A stretch of DNA of 64,000 nucleotides from an uncultured delta proteobacterium. GTDB lineage: Bacteria > Desulfobacterota > Binatia > Binatales > Binataceae. The stretch covers positions 1,088,001 through 1,152,000 of the forward strand of contig CAVQEQ010000004.1 of the NCBI GenBank assembly GCA_963711565.1, in the 5' to 3' direction. A model generated the notes under the pieces. That model saw only the letters and a list, made by a program, of their open reading frames with translations, had not been told where the DNA came from and ran no database searches. Made by a program: the position numbers and the translations under genes. Within the stretch, counting starts at the first letter, position 1, and every line of letters begins with the position of its first letter. Shown here piece after piece: positions 58,144 through 64,000 of the stretch.

Positions 58144-58470
58144 GTGGAATCCGATAAGCCCGCCATCCACAACAAGCTTAAAGACCGCCTTCGCACCATC
58201 GTCGGCACAAGCGCCAGCACAATCGTGCTCGCGACGACGATACTGAATGTGATCCCCGCAGACGCCAATGTCGCCGACGCGAATCCCGCCGGCACCCTCC
58301 AGCAACGCGTCGAGGGAGTGCGCCCCCAGGTTCAGGACGCGAACGCCAACCTGCAACAGCGGGGCGACTCGAACATCCAGCTGGCGTGGTGGCGCAATTG
58401 GCGCAACGGCGGATGGCGCGGATGGGGTTGGCCGAACTGGCACAACTGGCGCAACTGGGGCAATTGGTAA
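58144..58470 (+). CDS. GrrA/OscA-like RiPP precursor with Trp-rich WxN core
   Basis: AAGGAGG RBS; leader ending QLA, then WWRNWRNGGWRGWGWPNWHNWRNWGNW; directly upstream of the rSAM gene. Confidence 0.88.
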   Translation: MESDKPAIHNKLKDRLRTIVGTSASTIVLATTILNVIPADANVADANPAGTLQQRVEGVRPQVQDANANLQQRGDSNIQLAWWRNWRNGGWRGWGWPNWHNWRNWGNW

Positions 58471-58508
58471 ATCCGTAAGCCGCGCCTCGACGCTCGCGGC
58501 ATCGAGTC

Positions 58509-59687
58509 GTGTTCAAGATGGCTGCCGGCAATAGATGGCGAATCGCCGGGCCGCTCGAGCTTCTCGTCCTGCAGCCGACTCCGTTCTGCAATCTGGATTG
58601 CTCTTATTGCTATCTTCCCGATCGCGACTCGAAGCGCCGGATGTCGGACGCGACGTTGAATCGCGTTTTTCAATTCGTCTTTGCAAGCGGAATAGTTGAG
58701 CAGGGCTTCACCGTGGTGTGGCACGCGGGCGAGCCGATGGTGCTGCCGGTGTCGTACTACGAACGCGCGATTGAAATTGCGGCCGCGCATAATCCCGGCG
58801 GCTTGCAGGTTCGGCATTCGTTCCAGACCAATGGCGTGCTGATCGACGACGGGTGGTGCGATTTTTTCAAAGCGCATCAGGTGAACGTCGGCGTCAGCAT
58901 TGACGGACCGGCGTTTCTTCACGATCGCAATAGAAAAACGCGCAAGGGCGCCGCGACTCAGCATCGCGTGATGGAAGGCATCCGAAAGCTGCGGAGCAAC
59001 GAGCTGCCCTTCCACGTGATCTCCGTGCTCACGGGAGAATCACTCGACTACGCCGACGAACTGTACGATTTCTATATCGAGAACGGGATCCGGGAGGTCG
59101 CGTTCAATATCGAGGAGATCGAAGGGCCGCACGCCGCATCGACGCTCGGCGGCGCGGGCGTCGAGAATCGATTCCGGCGGTTCATCGGAAGATTTTTCGA
59201 TCTGGTCGCGCGCGACGAGTTGGCGTTGAGCGTGCGCGAGTTCGACTCGATGGTGCCGATGATTCTAGGCGGTAACGCGAATGAAAATAACTTTCCGCCG
59301 ACCCAGGAAAACTCGCCATGCGCGATATTGAGCGTGGACTGCGAAGGCAACTTCACTACCTACTCGCCGGAACTGCTCGGCCTCAAGAGTAGTCACTACG
59401 GCGATTTCGCGATAGGCAATGTGAATATCGACACGCTCGCGTCGGCGATGAACGGTGAGAAGTTTCGTCGAATGAGTAGTGATATCGCGCGTGGACTGAG
59501 TAAGTGCCGCGATACATGTGAGTATTACAGTTTGTGCGGAGGCGGCGCACCGGTGAATAAGTACTTCGAGAATGGATCGTTCGACTCGACCGAGACCATG
59601 TTTTGCCGCTTGAATCGCAAAGTAATCGTCGATGTGATCGTCGCGAAGCTGCAACACCCGATTGGCGTTGCGACGGACGCCGCCTGA
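58509..59687 (+). CDS. Cyclophane-forming radical SAM/SPASM maturase, GrrM/OscB family
   Basis: LLVLQPTPFCNLDCSYCYLP, VVWHAGEP, FNIEEIEG, YSPELL, SPASM CRDTCEYYSLCGGGAP.NK..E.G.F..TET.FC. Confidence 0.9.
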   Translation: MFKMAAGNRWRIAGPLELLVLQPTPFCNLDCSYCYLPDRDSKRRMSDATLNRVFQFVFASGIVEQGFTVVWHAGEPMVLPVSYYERAIEIAAAHNPGGLQVRHSFQTNGVLIDDGWCDFFKAHQVNVGVSIDGPAFLHDRNRKTRKGAATQHRVMEGIRKLRSNELPFHVISVLTGESLDYADELYDFYIENGIREVAFNIEEIEGPHAASTLGGAGVENRFRRFIGRFFDLVARDELALSVREFDSMVPMILGGNANENNFPPTQENSPCAILSVDCEGNFTTYSPELLGLKSSHYGDFAIGNVNIDTLASAMNGEKFRRMSSDIARGLSKCRDTCEYYSLCGGGAPVNKYFENGSFDSTETMFCRLNRKVIVDVIVAKLQHPIGVATDAA

Positions 59688-60258
59688 CGCGAAGTTCTGT
59701 GAAAATCCGCAACGCGCCGCGGTACCAGGGCCGGCTTCGCTGGCGGATCGTGTGCAGGTGCGAGATTCGACAGGATGGCGGGCAGCCAGCGCGGACGAGT
59801 TGGGGGCTATCTGCGCCGACGACGGCGACGTGTCGGTGATCGGCATACCGCGGCATTTGCTGGAGCGATGGTGGAAGCTCGCTGAAGCGGACCATATAAC
59901 TAAAGGGTTTGATGGCTATGGCCGCGAGATAGCCGAGTATTTCGTCTACAAAAACTGGCGCTTGACGGCTCCTGTCTTGATGGAGGTGGTGGCTGCCGGT
60001 GGTAAGCGCGATAAAGCTCTGATGCCCAGTCACCCGATGCGATTCGCCACCGGCGTCGGCACGCTGAGCGCGTGCATCAACCTTGGCGGCGAGAATGCCG
60101 CGATCGCGCTCAAGGCGGATTCTCGGCGGGTCCGGATAATACTCGAGCCCGGGGAGGGCTTGCTGATGCCGGCGGACGGCGTCCTCTTTAATCGATCGGC
60201 GCTCGGCGGAGCGGAACTGGCCGTCACGCTGTTGATCGGTTCGCTTGGGACTGAGTAA
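59662..60258 (+). CDS. RiPP-cluster accessory protein with cupin/2OG-oxygenase-like C-terminus
   Basis: Overlaps rSAM stop; CINLG....RIILEPGEGLLMP motif. Confidence 0.55.
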   Translation: MALRRTPPDAKFCENPQRAAVPGPASLADRVQVRDSTGWRAASADELGAICADDGDVSVIGIPRHLLERWWKLAEADHITKGFDGYGREIAEYFVYKNWRLTAPVLMEVVAAGGKRDKALMPSHPMRFATGVGTLSACINLGGENAAIALKADSRRVRIILEPGEGLLMPADGVLFNRSALGGAELAVTLLIGSLGTE

Positions 60259-60284
60259 TTGACTGACTAGTGTGGCGTCGCATA

Positions 60285-60504
60285 AATGACTTGAAGAACA
60301 AAGCCTAACCCCTAACCCCTAACCCCTTCCCCAGAGAGAATGGGGAAGGGGAACAGAAAAATCCTTGAGGAATGCCCGCGTGCTTGCCGCCGTCCTATCC
60401 CCCTAGCCCCCTTTCCGGGCCGGAAAGGGGGAACCGGAATGCCGGCGTGCTTGCAGCCATCCTATCCCCCTGGCCCCCTTTCCGAGCCGGAAAGGGGGAA
60501 TCGG
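60285..60504 (-). repeat. Inverted second copy of the composite REP/BIME-like element (two units plus end module)
   Basis: Reverse complement aligns with 41333-41533 including the GAAGAACAAAGCC flank; carries one extra CCCCTAA-type repeat. Confidence 0.85.
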
Positions 60505-60509
60505 AATTG

Positions 60510-60812
60510 CTAGGGCATCGACAGGCAGATTTGCAATTCGTTGATTGCGTTGTCGATGTAGCCGACGGCGTTGGCCTTGTGCCCGTGATAGTCATTCGCG
60601 GCTTTGACCTGTAGCACGTACTTCGCATGCTGTAGCTCGTTCATAGCCTGTGAGATTTCAGGATGGCCGGTGGGAGGAGGTCCGCCGTAGTAGCCACCTT
60701 CAGCCGGCGGACCGTAGGGACCGCTGCTGTAGGCAGGGCCCTGCGAGCAGGCGGCGCAGGCGAGCAAGACTCCGAAGATGACGCCGCCGGCGAAACACAT
60801 TCCTTTGACCAC
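60510..60812 (-). CDS. Small lipoprotein
   Basis: AGGAGA RBS; lipobox-like CAAC; helical HPEI..A..EL..A....A..DYHGHK.NA...ID.AI.EL. Confidence 0.65.
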   Translation of the reverse strand: MVKGMCFAGGVIFGVLLACAACSQGPAYSSGPYGPPAEGGYYGGPPPTGHPEISQAMNELQHAKYVLQVKAANDYHGHKANAVGYIDNAINELQICLSMP

Positions 60813-60825
60813 GGAAATTCTCCTT

Positions 60826-61239
60826 TCAGGGGAAGTGGCGATCGATGTAAGTGAGCGCGGACTCGAGGTCGGGCAGTATTTTGGTGCAGAAGCGGACCAT
60901 CCACGGCGAGCATTCCGCAAAACTGAACGGGCTGAACGCAATCACGAACTTGCCGAGATCGTGCCCGGCGTAAAAGACTTCCATCGCGGTGCCGAGCGAG
61001 GGCTTGGAGTAATTCACCAGCAGCAGGTCGGCGTCGCGAACGTCCTGCAGATCGAACTCGACGATTTCGTTGGCGGAATCGATCTCGCGGTCGCGGAAAT
61101 TGCGGCGCAACGGATCGAGCAGGATGAATCTTCCGGCGAGCCGTTCCTTGGCGCGGGTGCGCCAATCCTTGGCCGCGCGATCGGACTCCGCATCCATGAT
61201 TGGCCCGCAGAGGTAAATTTTTCGGACCCCGTCCGCCAT
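60826..61239 (-). CDS. Nucleoside 2-deoxyribosyltransferase-like (NDT/Rcl fold) protein
   Basis: KIYLCGPI, D...V..AD.LLV, SLGTAMEV.YA...GK. Confidence 0.75.
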   Translation of the reverse strand: MADGVRKIYLCGPIMDAESDRAAKDWRTRAKERLAGRFILLDPLRRNFRDREIDSANEIVEFDLQDVRDADLLLVNYSKPSLGTAMEVFYAGHDLGKFVIAFSPFSFAECSPWMVRFCTKILPDLESALTYIDRHFP

Positions 61240-61354
61240 CGCGCCGCAATCTACCACAGCGCGGAAGGGAGTGCATCGAGAATAATCCCGGAGCGTTTCA
61301 TATCCCGCTCAAAGCCGATAAGTTTTAAGACTGCCGCTCGAGCGGCATTTCAGA

Positions 61355-62143
61355 ATGGCGACAGTTGAACGTCTAAAACCGGGAGAGGTCAGCGACGCGG
61401 CCGACAGGGCCGAAACGCTGGCACTTCGCGGCGAAGGCCTGGTCAAGGTTTACGGCGGCCGCGCGGTCGTCAACAACGTCAACGTCATCGTCAAGCCGGG
61501 CGAGGTGGTGGGCTTCCTCGGCCCCAATGGCGCGGGCAAGACCACCACCTTCTACATGCTGGTGGGACTGCTCAAGCCCGATAAGGGACGCATCATGTTC
61601 AGCGGCGAGGACATCACGACGCTGCCGCTCTATCAGCGCGCGCGCCGCGGGATATCCTATCTGCCGCAGGAGCCGAGCGTCTTCCGCAAGCTGACCGTCG
61701 AGCAAAATCTGCTGGCCGTGCTCGAAACGCTGCCGCTTACCGAAGAGGAGCGCAACGCGCGCCTGCAGACGCTGCTCGACGAGCTCGGAATCGCGCACCT
61801 GGCGAAGTCGAAGGCGGGGGTGCTGTCCGGCGGCGAGCGACGACGCGTGGAAATTACGCGCGCGCTGGTGCTCGACCCGGTGTATCTATGTCTCGACGAG
61901 CCGTTTGCCGGGATCGACCCGATCACGGTCGTCGAGATTCAGCGCGTCGTGTCGTATCTGAAAGAGCGGGGCATCGGCGTGCTGATGTCGGATCACAACG
62001 TGCATGCGACGCTGTCGATCATCGATCGCGCCTATATCATTCACTCGGGCAAGATTCTGTTCGAAGGCAAACCGCGCGACATCGTGGCGAGCGACGCCGT
62101 ACGCCAGGTGTTCCTGGGCGAGCGGTTCAAGCTGGCGAGATAG
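61355..62143 (+). CDS. lptB: LPS export ABC ATPase
   Basis: GPNGAGKTTTFYM, YLPQEPSVFRKLTV, LSGGERRRVEI, DEPFAGIDP, DHNV. Confidence 0.93.
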   Translation: MATVERLKPGEVSDAADRAETLALRGEGLVKVYGGRAVVNNVNVIVKPGEVVGFLGPNGAGKTTTFYMLVGLLKPDKGRIMFSGEDITTLPLYQRARRGISYLPQEPSVFRKLTVEQNLLAVLETLPLTEEERNARLQTLLDELGIAHLAKSKAGVLSGGERRRVEITRALVLDPVYLCLDEPFAGIDPITVVEIQRVVSYLKERGIGVLMSDHNVHATLSIIDRAYIIHSGKILFEGKPRDIVASDAVRQVFLGERFKLAR

Positions 62144-62165
62144 CGAGGCTCACGCTTGATCCAGT

Positions 62166-62319
62166 GCGATTTTAGTGGCGCGGGCCGCCGTGCCCGCGGC
62201 TGAATTTGCCGATGCGAACAATCCGACTTGACTGCAAGTATCAGCCAAGCGGCGGCCGTCGGGGCAATGGCACCAGGGGATTGAAACGCGGGCACAGCGG
62301 CCCGCGCCACTTAAATCGC
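62166..62319. repeat. REPIN/MITE-like element with 33-bp terminal inverted repeats
   Basis: GCGATTTTAGTGGCGCGGGCCGCCGTGCCCGCG (62166-62198) vs 62287-62319, 31/33 complementary; 88-bp interior. Confidence 0.75.
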
Positions 62320-62333
62320 GACTCTTCGTCGAA

Positions 62334-63143
62334 TCAGTAAGGGACACCGGACGCACCAAATCCGGAATTGGGCATCGGCGGCGGATAGGTCGGATAGCCG
62401 TAAGTGCGGTAGCCCGGCGCGTAGCCGGAGCTGAATCCGCCGAAACTTCCGCCATAGCCGCCGGTGCCCATCGTCATACCACCGCCGAGCAGGAGCGGGA
62501 GGAGCATGGTCAGCCCGCTGGGGGGCGAGCTGTTGTACTGCTGATACTGCTGAATCTGCTGCCCCTGCGCCTGGTAGGCCGCCGCGCCAGGAGGCAAGCT
62601 GTTCTGATTGTTCTGATAATCCTGGACCGAACCGGATGAAGCGTACGGATCGGTGCCGTCGGACGGCATCGTATTGTCGGCCGGGACGCCGTTGACGGTC
62701 GAGCCCGAGTTGCCAGAGGAGCCGGCCAGTTCGGGACTGATCTTGATCCGGTTATCGACGACCAGCGACGAGTCCTTCAGATAGTGGCGCGCCTTCTGCT
62801 CGGCGTCCGTCTTGCCGAAATCGCTCGCGACGAAACCGAACAGTATCACCTGCTTGCCGCCGCTCGGACTGGTAACGACTTGGGCGCCGACCAGCGGCAG
62901 CGAGTGATGCTTAAGATAATCGGAGAGATCCTGACTCTGCGCTGAATCGATCGTGCCGCCGGCGACGGTGCCGGCAGCCGACGGCGGCGGCATCGAACTG
63001 GAATCGAAGCTGTTCGAGGTTCCCAGCGGCGCCGCTTTGCCCGGACCGGTTCCGAAGGGATTCTGCACCGGGTCGCACGCGGACAATCCCGCGAGAGCGA
63101 CCGCGAGTCCGAAGACCGCCAAGGCATTTGCGATACGACTCAT
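62334..63143 (-). CDS. Lipoprotein with BON-like domain and low-complexity tail
   Basis: Lipobox LSAC; VILFGFV.....K..AE..A......VVDNRIKI. Confidence 0.65.
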   Translation of the reverse strand: MSRIANALAVFGLAVALAGLSACDPVQNPFGTGPGKAAPLGTSNSFDSSSMPPPSAAGTVAGGTIDSAQSQDLSDYLKHHSLPLVGAQVVTSPSGGKQVILFGFVASDFGKTDAEQKARHYLKDSSLVVDNRIKISPELAGSSGNSGSTVNGVPADNTMPSDGTDPYASSGSVQDYQNNQNSLPPGAAAYQAQGQQIQQYQQYNSSPPSGLTMLLPLLLGGGMTMGTGGYGGSFGGFSSGYAPGYRTYGYPTYPPPMPNSGFGASGVPY

Positions 63144-63344
63144 ATATGTCGCGGATTATAGTCCTCTACCACTCACCTAACAATTCGACGAATAGCCGGC
63201 AACTTCGTTTCATTTCGCGAGGATCGCTTCGCGTTGCGAGAATGAATTACGCACTGTGCGAGAAGGGGGCGCGTCGAATCTACGGTTTTCGATGGCACGC
63301 TCGATGCAATCCGAGTTAACGGGATGTGGAACGAAGGAATCGCA

Positions 63345-63857
63345 ATGCTGACCAACAAAGACAACAAGAACCGAGCGGAAAAGTGCGCGTCGGCGGCGCG
63401 GGTCGAGGCCGTGCTCGCGCGCTTGAGCCGTGAAGACTCGAAACTGGGCGACCGGATGCTCAATGCGGCGGTCGCAGGCGCGGTGGTCGCGCGGCAGCCG
63501 GCGGATACGATTCTGCGGGCGGAGGCGGCGGAGGCATGGAACTCGATTAAGACCGTGATCGAACATCACCTCAACAGCGAAGAGGATGTCGTGCTGCCGT
63601 GGGCGGAGTCGCTCGAGAATTTCCCGCCCGACCTGATATTGCGCGCCCGCGAGCAGCGCACGCGGCTGTGCTGCCTGGCGCGAACAGTCGATGCGACGTC
63701 ATTCATCACGGGGTCGAATGAGGAAGTCGTCAAGGCCGGCACCGCGCTGACGGCGTTCGCGGTATGTCTGGACGATCTGATCGACGGCGAAGAGCGCGAT
63801 TTGTTTCCAATGATCCAGCGGAGCCTGTTCGAGGAATCGAGCGGCGCCGGCGCGTGA
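63345..63857 (+). CDS. Hemerythrin-like (HHE) domain protein
   Basis: HHLNSEEDVVLP and GEERDLFP motifs; second motif lacks the His. Confidence 0.6.
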   Translation: MLTNKDNKNRAEKCASAARVEAVLARLSREDSKLGDRMLNAAVAGAVVARQPADTILRAEAAEAWNSIKTVIEHHLNSEEDVVLPWAESLENFPPDLILRAREQRTRLCCLARTVDATSFITGSNEEVVKAGTALTAFAVCLDDLIDGEERDLFPMIQRSLFEESSGAGA

Positions 63858-63889
63858 GGTGTTAGTGATTTTCTTGCCCGTGGCTGCTT

Positions 63890-63925
63890 CCCTCGCCCGA
63901 CGTGGGGCGAGGGTTAGGGTGAGGG
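63890..63925 (+). repeat. G-tract REP-like unit
   Basis: CCCTCGCCC-GACGTG-GGGCGAGGGTTAGGGTGAGGG; complementary CCCTCACCC begins at 63987 near the window end. Confidence 0.6.
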
Positions 63926-64000
63926 ACAGCTGTGCGGCGCAATTGTCTGGTGCGCCACCTATTTGGAATTTCTCAGAAAATCTGGTCCCTCACCCGCCGC

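Overview
GC-rich bacterial chromosomal segment. The gene content (murA-his block, gspC, lptB, several CoA transferases and LLM oxidoreductases, Flp pilins) suggests a diderm, Deltaproteobacteria/Binatia-like organism; this is inference only. A near-perfect parS site at 54224-54239 suggests the window is origin-proximal. Housekeeping genes: rpmE-prfA-prmC-murA-hisD-hisB-hisA, gshA-gspC, glpK, lptB, sppA and a DacA-like carboxypeptidase. Accessory loci: a DyP peroxidase-encapsulin operon; a Ser/Thr kinase-FHA-PHP module; a PaaR-like TetR/di-iron protein/enoyl-CoA hydratase unit; a DapA-like aldolase plus PfkB-KdsD(SIS) fusion; three tandem Flp pilins (two missed by the ORF track); and a GrrA/OscA-GrrM/OscB type radical-SAM RiPP cluster with a 10-Trp core. 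Several REP/BIME-like repeat families are present. Three genes carry -1 frameshifts in short G/C runs, probably sequencing errors. The most unusual locus is 49492-50261: a lower-GC, basic-tailed unknown protein faces a convergent ~160-nt multi-hairpin, possibly pseudoknotted, non-coding RNA with its own sigma70-like promoter and intrinsic terminator. It is a candidate undescribed protein/RNA (toxin/RNA-antitoxin-like) system. No tRNA, rRNA, CRISPR array or transposase was recognised.
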